From: a virus
IMG/VR virus record: IMGVR_UViG_3300037258_000282
Span: 32,001 to 96,000 of that record
DNA: 64,000 nt
Strand: one strand, 5' to 3'
Shown: positions 9,208-18,311 of the stretch, in pieces
Numbering within the stretch: the stretch's first letter is position 1
Layout of the letters: each line of letters starts with the position of its first letter
Made by a program: the position numbers and the translations under genes
The notes under the pieces: model-generated
What the model saw: the letters and a program-made list of their open reading frames with translations, nothing else
Told to the model about the DNA's origin: nothing
Database searches by the model: none

Positions 9208-10683
9208 TCACTTACTCTTCTTAGAGTCCGTCAGCGCGTTTGTTGGAACACCATCTACTATCTTGTCGCCTCGACCCTTTCCGACCTGAGGACCATCGTC
9301 GTCTCGCTGAGAGCCTGGCTTCGCCTCGACCAAACCAGCCATACCGGCGATCTCGTCCCTATAGAACGTTACTCCATCTATCACTAGATTGATCTCCTCC
9401 GTGATATTCTGACAGTCTGATAGAACTCCCGTGACGTACGTCGAGATATCTTCTTTCTCTACCGCCTGATTCGCGCTCTCCTTGAATGTCTTTTTCACCT
9501 TAGACTTATAGTCTCTTACGCTGGTCTTACCACCGGCGTCGGCTTTCGAGTATGGAACCATCTCCCTGGCCTTATTCCTGGCGTCTCTGTGATCTGACGC
9601 GATGACGGCATGAACGAATCCATCTTCTGGTATGTTCATCCAGGACTTCTTGTGATGAACTATGAATATGCGACCAGAATCAGCAGAAGCTTCCTCGGTG
9701 GCCTTGACCTTAGTCTGCCCGGAATATTTCGCGAGAGCCGACTTAATTCCCTTCTCTCGCCCAGCGATGGACTTCTTAGCGTGATCGGCGGCCCACTTAT
9801 CCTGAGGGTCCTCTGATCCCTTTAGAGCCGCCGCGGTCTTCTTCTTCGCCGCGACGTCATCCCTCGCGCCACCTATGTAGCTATCAAGTTTACCATGAGA
9901 TATCTCATCTACCTGCTCAACTTCTTCCTTCACGGCCGACTTCTTCTTATCGTCGACACTCTTTGGCTCCATCTTTCCAGACGCCACGTAGTTAGCGAAT
10001 CGAGCGTTCGAGTTATGCTTAGCGTATCTCGCCAGCGTCTGTCTCGTCAGCTCTATCAGAACGTCCGACCTCGACATTCCCTCGAACATCCTCTTGGTGG
10101 TATCGGCGATCTCTCCCTGGAGCTTCTTCGCGCGCGACTCATTCTCCTTTCCCTCGAGATCGTCAGTATTGAGATCTACAGTAGCCTCGTCAAACTCACC
10201 GCGCGTGATATTCTTATCAGAAGTGCCGTTCTTGTTCTTTCTTGCGGCATCCGCGGTGATATCAGCCTTGAGCTTCTTGTCGGCCTTAGTCTTGGCGGCC
10301 TCGTCTACGATTTTATCATTTGTCTTTGGATCGGTGTCGACCTTCGTCTTGCCGGTGGTCTTCAGTATCTTACCCTTCTTACCGTCCTCTATGTCGGCGA
10401 CTTTCTTGTCGTTCTTAACCATAGAATCGTCAGAGTCTTTATCATCGGAGCTCTTGGAATCGTCGTCATTCTTTCCAAATGGAGGCTTCTTGGAGTCCTT
10501 ATCCTTAGAGTCCTTAGAGTCCTTATCCTTGGAGCTCTTATCTTCCTTTCCAAATGAAGGCTTCTTGGAGTCCTTATCCTTGGAATCCTTACCCGACTCG
10601 TCCTTCTTTTCAAACTTCTCGCTTAGAACTCCACTCACGGCGGCAATTAGGCTTTGCGGCAGGCCAAACATAGACTTAGGCAT
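9208..10683 (-). CDS. highly charged putative internal head/core protein
   Basis: KDS low-complexity repeats; E(I/L)(S/T)xxxLxxY modules shared with 53041..54876; GATAAATA late-type promoter upstream. Confidence 0.55.
   Translation of the reverse strand: MPKSMFGLPQSLIAAVSGVLSEKFEKKDESGKDSKDKDSKKPSFGKEDKSSKDKDSKDSKDKDSKKPPFGKNDDDSKSSDDKDSDDSMVKNDKKVADIEDGKKGKILKTTGKTKVDTDPKTNDKIVDEAAKTKADKKLKADITADAARKNKNGTSDKNITRGEFDEATVDLNTDDLEGKENESRAKKLQGEIADTTKRMFEGMSRSDVLIELTRQTLARYAKHNSNARFANYVASGKMEPKSVDDKKKSAVKEEVEQVDEISHGKLDSYIGGARDDVAAKKKTAAALKGSEDPQDKWAADHAKKSIAGREKGIKSALAKYSGQTKVKATEEASADSGRIFIVHHKKSWMNIPEDGFVHAVIASDHRDARNKAREMVPYSKADAGGKTSVRDYKSKVKKTFKESANQAVEKEDISTYVTGVLSDCQNITEEINLVIDGVTFYRDEIAGMAGLVEAKPGSQRDDDGPQVGKGRGDKIVDGVPTNALTDSKKSK
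10480..10590. repeat. imperfect coding tandem repeat (KDSKDKDSKK)
   Basis: gagtccttatcctt unit repeated. Confidence 0.7.
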
Positions 10684-10729
10684 ATGATCTTCCTTCTGAG
10701 ACGTCGGGTTAGTGATGACTCAGTATTTA

Positions 10730-11314
10730 TCACTCCTTTGCTTTAATGGACTTTAGTCGCCGCCGGACGTCCCTATACATCTCAGCTACCTTACTTTCTA
10801 TCATCGCCTCCGGCGCGCCCTGACGAAAAGTGTCAAAGTCATTCCTATCGGCGGCCTCTCTCATCATCGTGCCAGATATAATGTCTCTGCCTGGAATAAG
10901 AATTGAGTCTATAAACTTAAAGTCATAGAATCCGTGAGGGTAGGCGTTCCCATTATACTTCTTCAGTAATTCGTAGTACTCGTCGCGTCGATCTTCGCCA
11001 CTGACTACTACGAAGATCCTGCACCCATCTGCATATATCTTAGATGCGTGGTGAAGTATAGATGGAGAGTCGTGCGACGACTCTGAGATCTTAACTTGGT
11101 CTCCAAACGTAAGGCGACCGTACTTAAGTTTCTGCTTCACCGTCAGGGGGTTTTTCTTAGAACTCACCGCGTGAGACACTATGATGTTGTACTTGCCGCC
11201 GTTTTTTTCGGCTAGTGACTTCGCCTTAAGTACTCCAAGCTCGTGACCCTTAGTCCAAGGTTGTGCCCTGCCCCACCATAGGGTCTGATACTCACGCCCT
11301 ACGTCAGTCATCAA
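10730..11314 (-). CDS. cytidyltransferase-like (HxGH-type) nucleotidyltransferase
   Basis: GRAQPWTKGH, KNPL, ISGTMMR motifs. Confidence 0.7.
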   Translation of the reverse strand: MMTDVGREYQTLWWGRAQPWTKGHELGVLKAKSLAEKNGGKYNIIVSHAVSSKKNPLTVKQKLKYGRLTFGDQVKISESSHDSPSILHHASKIYADGCRIFVVVSGEDRRDEYYELLKKYNGNAYPHGFYDFKFIDSILIPGRDIISGTMMREAADRNDFDTFRQGAPEAMIESKVAEMYRDVRRRLKSIKAKE

Positions 11315-12498
11315 TCTCTCTTGGAATGCTTGGCAAAATTCATCTTAGAAAACTCCGAGCGATCGACTAACTTGACGCTGTCTCCGCGTCTATTAGTCGC
11401 CACGACTCCCTCTGGGGCAGTCGGCTTACCGTCGATACTTCTCGCGTACCCACCACCGCGGCCCAGTACTTTAACTAGTACGTTCTTGGCTTTCTGAAGA
11501 TGGCCGTGTAACTTCAACATACTATCAAAGTGTTTGGAATTGTCAACGGCACGCTGAATCTTACTCGCGTATCCCTGAGCCTTCCTCTGCCTTCCAGACT
11601 CCGTCTTAAGTTTTTCTACCGCGCTCTTTGACTTATCTGTGAGAAAATTGATGTATCCATTCAGTGACGGCTCTTTTCCATTTCTGATAGAGTCGTTGAC
11701 GTGGGCTTCGATAGAAGATCCGTGATCCCTCAGAATATCAGGTGTCTCGGGCTTCATCTTCCCATATTCTCCGGTAGCTAGAGCCCGGTGAAATAGGAAC
11801 TCTCTCTGCTCGTCAGGCGAGTAGCTAGATGGATTTATCTTAATATTATTAGACATCCGGTGTACGTCAGGATGATCTTGAAACTTCGAGTGGTCCGACT
11901 CCTCCATGGGTTCGGCCCTCATCTGATGCGGCTCTCCCCTTCCCACGTACTTAGTGTGAATGGCGATGCCGAATTTAGATCTACCAACCTTCTTTCCCTC
12001 GGCGGAATCTTTGGGTACAGAATAAGTTATGAGGTTGGGAGTAAATGAAGTGTTGGCGCCATCGACTATCCTATCAAGTGAGGAGTGCATCACGTCTCCC
12101 TGGTACACTCCTCCCGTAGGTGGCATTATCTTAGGTAAGTGTCTGAGAGCAAACTTCAGCTTGTCAGTCAGACCGCTACCCGGGCCGTGATTGTTATGAA
12201 TGTCGGCGTTGGTATAGTTGATCTTAGGCTTCGAGTTAAACGCTGACTTCGTTGCTACGAAGAACTGACCGGACCTAGGATGAGTGCCAAATACTAGAGA
12301 AGGAGACCCATCCAGCTTCTCAGAGACGTGAATCTTACCATCATGTCCGAGAAGCTTTCTATGAACTCCATCGAGAAACTCAGCGGCTAGCCCCACTCCA
12401 GAGTGGCCACCGCGAATAGGAAGATCTTCTAGATGAGTGAGGTGCTTGAGCGGCGCGGCGACTCGCTCCTCAGTAACAAATTCTTGAAAACTCTTCAT
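11311..12498 (-). CDS. conserved T4-like protein (DUF6267-like) with a ligase-type KxDG motif
   Basis: HLTHLED, SEKLDGSPS, YQGD, PEGVV, VKLVDR. Confidence 0.6.
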   Translation of the reverse strand: MKSFQEFVTEERVAAPLKHLTHLEDLPIRGGHSGVGLAAEFLDGVHRKLLGHDGKIHVSEKLDGSPSLVFGTHPRSGQFFVATKSAFNSKPKINYTNADIHNNHGPGSGLTDKLKFALRHLPKIMPPTGGVYQGDVMHSSLDRIVDGANTSFTPNLITYSVPKDSAEGKKVGRSKFGIAIHTKYVGRGEPHQMRAEPMEESDHSKFQDHPDVHRMSNNIKINPSSYSPDEQREFLFHRALATGEYGKMKPETPDILRDHGSSIEAHVNDSIRNGKEPSLNGYINFLTDKSKSAVEKLKTESGRQRKAQGYASKIQRAVDNSKHFDSMLKLHGHLQKAKNVLVKVLGRGGGYARSIDGKPTAPEGVVATNRRGDSVKLVDRSEFSKMNFAKHSKRD

Positions 12499-13451
12499 TT
12501 TTTTCTCAAAGCCTTGTTTATGTCTATGGAAGTATTCCTCTTCGTCGCCATATATACACCGACCCTTCCTCCCGTGTCAACATTATTTGCGCCGAGGCGG
12601 TGCTCGCACATTATCTTACATTCCACCGCCTCCGACATATAGTTGTTTCTCGCGTTAGAGTAGATGTTGTCTGCCGTGAATTTGTATATTCCCGAGCTTA
12701 TCTTCTTCAGTCCCACGCTTGACCCGTGAAGTACGGCCTGAACGTTGTCGATACCATACTTCTTTCCATGATCCATCCCGTACATAGACTTATGTATCAG
12801 ATCTCTATCTGGTGAATAATCACTATTTAGTCCAAAGTGATATGCCGGATATCCAGGTGGAAGCCACTTCTGTCCAGGAATAGTCATATCTCTTTTTATG
12901 ATGAACTTACTCACGGCGATCCTCATTCGCTCGAAGTGCATCTTATCGCACACTCCGGCAAACTGCTGAAACGTCTTTGCCTTGAGAGATAAGAAGATCA
13001 CGTGCTTCATCCCATTGACTAAGATGACGTCACACTTATGTCCGGCCACAGCGTCCGTTACTCCAGTTACCGAGAACTTCTTTCTCCCGATTATGATCGC
13101 TATAGGTCGCCCACCATTTTCCGCGACGGCCTCGGCCACCGCTACTCCGAGGGCGGCTTTCTGACTCTTCTCGATGGCCATGACGTTGTCTCTATTCTTT
13201 GGAAGCTTTGGCTTATCCAGCATAGAGATGCGCTCCGTAACCACGATCTCCCCATAGGAGAGGTCTGCGATGAAGTATCTATCGCCGTCGAGTCTGACAT
13301 TAGATACTCGAACTTGGGACTTGTATGGTATGACTGACCTTTTTCCCTTAAAGAGATAGGTCGTCATATTCATCAGGTCCTCAGTAAAGTACTTAGTCGC
13401 GTGGCTCACCGCGCGCGGACTCTCACTGTTAGCGTATATGGTTCCCATCAA
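12495..13451 (-). CDS. hypothetical protein, possible PD-(D/E)xK nuclease
   Basis: KCDVIL...FLSLK pattern. Confidence 0.4.
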   Translation of the reverse strand: MMGTIYANSESPRAVSHATKYFTEDLMNMTTYLFKGKRSVIPYKSQVRVSNVRLDGDRYFIADLSYGEIVVTERISMLDKPKLPKNRDNVMAIEKSQKAALGVAVAEAVAENGGRPIAIIIGRKKFSVTGVTDAVAGHKCDVILVNGMKHVIFLSLKAKTFQQFAGVCDKMHFERMRIAVSKFIIKRDMTIPGQKWLPPGYPAYHFGLNSDYSPDRDLIHKSMYGMDHGKKYGIDNVQAVLHGSSVGLKKISSGIYKFTADNIYSNARNNYMSEAVECKIMCEHRLGANNVDTGGRVGVYMATKRNTSIDINKALRKK

Positions 13452-13484
13452 CTTATCTCCATGATATGAATCGTGATTATCTGA

Positions 13485-13513
13485 TTGACACCCACATAAG
13501 TAAGTGATAGATT
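13485..13513 (+). promoter_or_regulatory. sigma70-like promoter on the plus strand
   Basis: TTGACA-17-TAGATT. Confidence 0.6.
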
Positions 13514-13643
13514 TGCCTTCGTTGAAGGCGGCTTCTACTCACGAGACGATGCCATGGAGGCGCCTGTTGCGCTACGTACCAACCGTGATACAGCACGCAA
13601 CTACTATGAGATGCTGGATACATTCCGAATGGAGGCATGATAT

Positions 13644-13844
13644 ATGCGCCTCGGCAGCATTCAGCGTGATGTTGTGGCCTACCTCACTCGGTGCAGCGAG
13701 AAGCGCGGTGTGATTCGCTCTACAACTAAAGCTGATGAATTTCAGGGCTATGATCTTGAACAGGTAGAGCGCGCTCTTACTGGCCTCATGCGTCGTGGCA
13801 TCGTTCGACGCGAGGGCATTTGGTATGTTTTGGCGAAGTGGTAG
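13644..13844 (+). CDS. small winged-HTH-like protein
   Basis: GGAGG SD; LEQVERALTGLMRRGIVRREG. Confidence 0.5.
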   Translation: MRLGSIQRDVVAYLTRCSEKRGVIRSTTKADEFQGYDLEQVERALTGLMRRGIVRREGIWYVLAKW

Positions 13845-13920
13845 ATGCCAACACCAGTCTTCGATCGGGAGGACTTATCGTTCCCTCGGCCTACATCGAA
13901 GCGATACACTAGAGTCGACT

Positions 13921-14526
13921 CTAGTGTATCGTCGCGCTCTTCATCTCATACCTATTTCCCTGCGCGTCGAACATGAACCTATCGATGATTCTAATTCTAT
14001 TAGCATAGTATGAGATGTATACATCGTGCAGCGCCGTACCCATGTTGCTGCCACCGTTATATCTCAGAGAGTCATACCCTAATCTCTTAAGTAACTCTCT
14101 GGCTCTCGCAGTCTGAGTCATTCCCTGGGATATTCCCTTGAATACCTGCTCTCCAGTGAGAGTCAGCGCTCCATCTGACAGCTGTCCTAGAACCAGGTAC
14201 TTATCTGCCCCGGAAGATAGGAGTCCAGCCCCGCGCGCGAAGCTCTCCATCTCACTTCTAGTTGAGAACATCTTCTTAATATTGGAGGAGGGAATATAGT
14301 TGTCGACGTCGAAGCACTTGTCTATCAGAAGATCTACCTTATACACTATGCGATCTCCGCCAGATTTTCTGGCCATGGATCTCGCGTAAGTATAGGCGAC
14401 GTCGGCAGTGTTCGTGAAGTAGGCCACTCCACCCCCGTAATAGTCATTTATTACGCGAGCCTTACCCTGATCGAACTGAGAGAACGATGAGTTAGTTCCA
14501 TGAAATAGAGTCTCAGTCTTACTCAC
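13921..14526 (-). CDS. ADP-ribosyltransferase-like protein (ART-PolyVal type)
   Basis: LFHGT...F..F...G.G.AYFT....A..YA and LGYDSL motifs. Confidence 0.6.
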   Translation of the reverse strand: MSKTETLFHGTNSSFSQFDQGKARVINDYYGGGVAYFTNTADVAYTYARSMARKSGGDRIVYKVDLLIDKCFDVDNYIPSSNIKKMFSTRSEMESFARGAGLLSSGADKYLVLGQLSDGALTLTGEQVFKGISQGMTQTARARELLKRLGYDSLRYNGGSNMGTALHDVYISYYANRIRIIDRFMFDAQGNRYEMKSATIH

Positions 14527-14717
14527 GCGCGCTTTAACTCTCTAAGCATGAAAGTCGGAGTGAACCCCTGAAACCCAGTAGAATTACTGATCTTCACTCC
14601 AACTCTCGCTCCACTGTAAGTATCAAACTTACGTAGAACTTGAGAGGTTAGGTTCTCAAAGATGTCGTAGAACTTCTTATTTCCATCTACTCTCTTACGG
14701 ATGATATAGCTTCCCAT
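14523..14717 (-). CDS. hypothetical protein
   Basis: 64 aa; GFQGFTPTFM motif. Confidence 0.55.
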   Translation of the reverse strand: MGSYIIRKRVDGNKKFYDIFENLTSQVLRKFDTYSGARVGVKISNSTGFQGFTPTFMLRELKRA

Positions 14718-14718
14718 G

Positions 14719-14961
14719 TTAAGTATCCATATCTCTCTTAAAGTAAAACTCTTTGGTCTGACAATTCAAGACGATGTTCATCACGTAGTTATAACCAGGT
14801 GCAAGCTTAGGGGACGCCACCTCGCACAGATAGTAGTCCATATCTCCAATCCAAGAAGCCTTAAGTATTCTAAGATCTTCTCTTGGATAAGTGAGTAGGA
14901 ATATCAAGAAGTCTCGAGTTACCTCGACCGTACATCTACCCCAGTTGTCCTCTACTCTCAT
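14719..14961 (-). CDS. hypothetical protein
   Basis: ORF track; operon context. Confidence 0.5.
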   Translation of the reverse strand: MRVEDNWGRCTVEVTRDFLIFLLTYPREDLRILKASWIGDMDYYLCEVASPKLAPGYNYVMNIVLNCQTKEFYFKRDMDT

Positions 14962-14971
14962 GATGCTCTTC

Positions 14972-15586
14972 CTAATCTATGTAGAAGCGCCCGTTTATAT
15001 CGGCGCCATTTCGACCACGCTGATAGATGTAGTTAGTAAATGTCTCAACATCTCTCTGCGCCATCGTGGAATAGCCCTTTGTTCCATACTTTAAGATACG
15101 CCTGAGAGTAGCATTTGGGTAAGTGACTGTATTTAGACTTATGTTCTTGCGCAGAACATCACGAATCGCGGCTCTCGACGTGATAAGCCTACCATCAGAT
15201 ATGGCCGACATCCCGGCGACTATATCGAATGAGGAAAGCAGAGCCTCAGCGGTGTCAAAGTTGTGTTCCTCGACGAACTGTACCTTAGCGTCCTTGAACT
15301 TAAAGTTAGATAACTTTCCTTCCGGGCACTTGAACGTGCACTTAGCTCCGGCCTCTATTAAAACTTCTCGTGCCTTATCGGCGGCTACTTTATGCTTGAA
15401 GAATATGTCGTAGTCTACGACTACCTCGCTCTCGTCGAACAGCTTTCTAAGCGCCCCTCCCGCGAGGATCACTCCATAATTGAACTGAGAGAATATCTGA
15501 GAGAGCTCAATAAGCGTCGGCCATCCCCTCTTCTCAAGTATCACTCGAGTAGAATTTACATTAAACGTGATAAAGTTCATTGACAT
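14972..15586 (-). CDS. pol-beta superfamily nucleotidyltransferase (CCA/poly(A) polymerase head-like)
   Basis: LAGGALR...DYDIFF, SFDI motifs. Confidence 0.65.
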   Translation of the reverse strand: MSMNFITFNVNSTRVILEKRGWPTLIELSQIFSQFNYGVILAGGALRKLFDESEVVVDYDIFFKHKVAADKAREVLIEAGAKCTFKCPEGKLSNFKFKDAKVQFVEEHNFDTAEALLSSFDIVAGMSAISDGRLITSRAAIRDVLRKNISLNTVTYPNATLRRILKYGTKGYSTMAQRDVETFTNYIYQRGRNGADINGRFYID

Positions 15587-15725
15587 AGGTCCATGTATCT
15601 ACTGGCAAGCTCAACGATGATCTTGAGCTTTTCTGGTTCTATAACGCAGGAATCTCCCGAGTACATAGACTCATCGACGAGAGTCCTAGCCCAGGCCAAT
15701 ATCTCCTCGATCTCTTCGTCACCAA

Positions 15726-17117
15726 TCACTTAAACTCGCTGAATTTGTCTTTAAGCTTACCTTTATGTCGCTCGGCGTCGTGAGTTCCAAATGTAGTCTT
15801 ATCCATGACCGGCGAATCGTCTTCCTGACCAGATTGATCTATATTGTACATTCGCATCTTCGCTCGATCAGTGCCGATGAAGAACTTCTTCTTTCTATTC
15901 GGATCGGAGTACCTATTCTTCAACTGCTTTGCCATCAACTGATCTATCTCAGTCAACTCGTCAGTCGCGATCAAGGCCATCATGAAGTCAGCGGTCGCGG
16001 GAAGACCAAATGAGTCCGAAGTATTCTCAAGACCAAAGTCTGAGTCCGTATATCCAGTCCTGTTTACCTGAGTGGCCGTCACGATCGGGACGCCGAACTC
16101 CACGGCTAGACCTCTGATCTCTTCGGCTATGGACTTCACGTACGTATACGTGTTGATCGACCCACTGAGCTTCAGTCTAGACGAAGCGCAGATATTAAGA
16201 TAGTCGATATAGATGATCGACGGAGAGAAGTTCTTCTTAGTCTTAAGCTCATTTAAGAGATATCGAAAGTGAGAGCTTCCGGCCGCGGCGGTGGGATACT
16301 CCTTGATTATGAGCTTTCCCTTGACTTTCTCTCGGAGTCTAGCGATCTTTCGATCGTAGACGTCCTTAGAAGTCTTCCTCAGTTCAGAGAGTGGAATATC
16401 CAAGAGATTAGCGTCGATCCTCTCGGCGATCCTCTCCTCAGCCATCTCCATAGTGATGTAGAGTACGTCGAACCCGCGAGATAAGTTATAGGCGGCCTGG
16501 TGGCACATCAGCATGGACTTTCCAACGCCGACTCCAGCCATGTATACGTTCAGAGTCTTGACCGAGAACCCACCCTCAGTGATCTCGTTCATTATATCAA
16601 TGTCAAACGGGACCTTCTTCTCTCTGGCGTGGTAGAACTCGTATCTCTTCTCTGCGTCGTCTATGAAGTCATGACCGATGGAAGTATCAAACGACACGGC
16701 GAGAGCGTCAGATAATATCTTAGGTATGGCGCCCTTATCAGACTTCGCGTCCTTACCGTCGATTATCTGGATCGACTGCATGATCGCGTTGTAGACCGCG
16801 CGCTCTTGGCAAAATTTTTCAGTGGAGTCTACGAGCCACTCTAAGTCTGGTCTCCTTTCTGGCTCCTTGGAGATCTCCTCAACTATAGAGACCGCCTCCT
16901 TGAATATCTGCTCCGTAAGTGAGACATTCGTTAGGTCTATCGCGACAGCTTCGATAGATGGTATCTTATTGTACTTTATGAAGTATGATGTTATTACCTC
17001 ATATACTACTCTCTCTGCCTTATTGGAGAAGTACTCTGAATTTAGAAATGGGATTATCCTGCGTGAGTACTCTTGGTTAGAGACCAACCCTGAAAGTATT
17101 ACCTTCTCTACTGCCAA
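15726..17117 (-). CDS. 41: replicative DNA helicase gp41
   Basis: AGVGVGKS Walker A, YITMEMAEERIAERID, IYIDYLNI, TATQVNR, SFGLPATAD, KQLKNRY. Confidence 0.95.
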   Translation of the reverse strand: MAVEKVILSGLVSNQEYSRRIIPFLNSEYFSNKAERVVYEVITSYFIKYNKIPSIEAVAIDLTNVSLTEQIFKEAVSIVEEISKEPERRPDLEWLVDSTEKFCQERAVYNAIMQSIQIIDGKDAKSDKGAIPKILSDALAVSFDTSIGHDFIDDAEKRYEFYHAREKKVPFDIDIMNEITEGGFSVKTLNVYMAGVGVGKSMLMCHQAAYNLSRGFDVLYITMEMAEERIAERIDANLLDIPLSELRKTSKDVYDRKIARLREKVKGKLIIKEYPTAAAGSSHFRYLLNELKTKKNFSPSIIYIDYLNICASSRLKLSGSINTYTYVKSIAEEIRGLAVEFGVPIVTATQVNRTGYTDSDFGLENTSDSFGLPATADFMMALIATDELTEIDQLMAKQLKNRYSDPNRKKKFFIGTDRAKMRMYNIDQSGQEDDSPVMDKTTFGTHDAERHKGKLKDKFSEFK

Positions 17118-17316
17118 TATCAGATCCTAGCGTAAAGTCTTCGGCAACCCCCTCTATCATACTGAGGCGCGCTCCAGAATAAGTTCTTACATTGCTGTCA
17201 AATGCGTCCGATAAGATAAGCACTATCTTCGCGGCGCCCTCTTCTCCAAGGATGCTGGCTACTCTCCTACCATCGTCGGAAATAAACTCAGATATAATGT
17301 ATTTATCGTATGACAT
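17077..17316 (-). CDS. hypothetical protein
   Basis: ORF track. Confidence 0.45.
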   Translation of the reverse strand: MSYDKYIISEFISDDGRRVASILGEEGAAKIVLILSDAFDSNVRTYSGARLSMIEGVAEDFTLGSDIGSREGNTFRVGL

Positions 17317-17466
17317 CGCTCATATCTACTCCGACCATCTCTGTCATGGCAGGCCAAAAAGGGATTGGATCTACTGGAGTTCCTGTATTAAGATAGATGT
17401 TAAGAAACCTATTAGGAAAATCTTGCTGCCAGATATCCCCAATGTATGACGTTATGCACATCTCTC

Positions 17467-17994
17467 TTATTCATCCTCAGTAGTGTCTGATATCATCTTG
17501 ATGTTACCGATAGCATATTTATTATCGAGATACACCTTAAAGTCGGTTCGATCAAAGATGTATTTCCAAAGCGAGGAAGATTTCTCGGCCATCTTGACCT
17601 TCACGTTCATATCTTCGATGACCTCGCCAGTCTCCCTGTCTACCGGCGCGACCCACCCGTTCTTAGTGGAGATCAAGTACTTACCCTCGAGAGCCTGCTC
17701 GACTAGTCCCGACCACCTATTCATTCCATCTTCAAATGTTATCTTGATGGGTATCTGGGACTTCTCCTTGAGAAAGCGAGACTTCTCAATGTTGATAATA
17801 AAGTCAAAGCCAAGCAGCTCCTTATCGGTGTTCTTATCCTGCCTCCTAGACACTATCCATATCGTATCGGCTCCAAAGTACACCCCCGTGTTATGACATA
17901 CGACACCATTCTCAAGTACGTACTGCTGGTTGCGTTCAACAGATATATCATACACTGACTGGTGCCCGACAGGTCTTATACTTTTTATTTTCAA
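17467..17994 (-). CDS. uvsX: UvsX C-terminal fragment fused to a split-intein C half (35 aa)
   Basis: MKIKSI...VYDISV...ENGVVCHN|TGVYFGADTIW...IEKSRFLKEK; AGAGGA SD and TTG start. Confidence 0.9.
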   Translation of the reverse strand: MKIKSIRPVGHQSVYDISVERNQQYVLENGVVCHNTGVYFGADTIWIVSRRQDKNTDKELLGFDFIINIEKSRFLKEKSQIPIKITFEDGMNRWSGLVEQALEGKYLISTKNGWVAPVDRETGEVIEDMNVKVKMAEKSSSLWKYIFDRTDFKVYLDNKYAIGNIKMISDTTEDE

Positions 17995-18311
17995 TTATCT
18001 TCCTCTTACAGTTATCGTCATGCCATCTCTTAACATATCATCAGTTTATCACGATCACTTATATCAGATACCAACTTCCACGATCCGTCATCCATCATAA
18101 ATTGATGGTCTTCAGAAACTGTTACCTTATATCCATCTTCAAACTCAACTTCGAAGCACCGTGGAGTTCCATCGCATAGAGTTTCTGGATTCCACACATG
18201 AGTAACTTGCATATCACCATCTAGCGTAACTACGCTGCTGCCCACACTCATACATTCCATAGGAAGTAGCGTACCATCGGCCATTTTCACTCTCGTTCCA
18301 GCGGCAACGCA
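17890..18311 (-). mobile_element. naturally split intein in uvsX (IntN 18033..18311, IntC 17890..17994)
   Basis: Block A CVAAGTRV, block B VSEDHQF, block F VYDISV, block G CHN/T. Confidence 0.9.

Noticed and set aside
9610-10687. Long plus-strand ORFs (9895..10557, 10094..10687) and similar antisense ORFs across the window
   Set aside because: Shadows of minus-strand genes with biased, low-complexity codons
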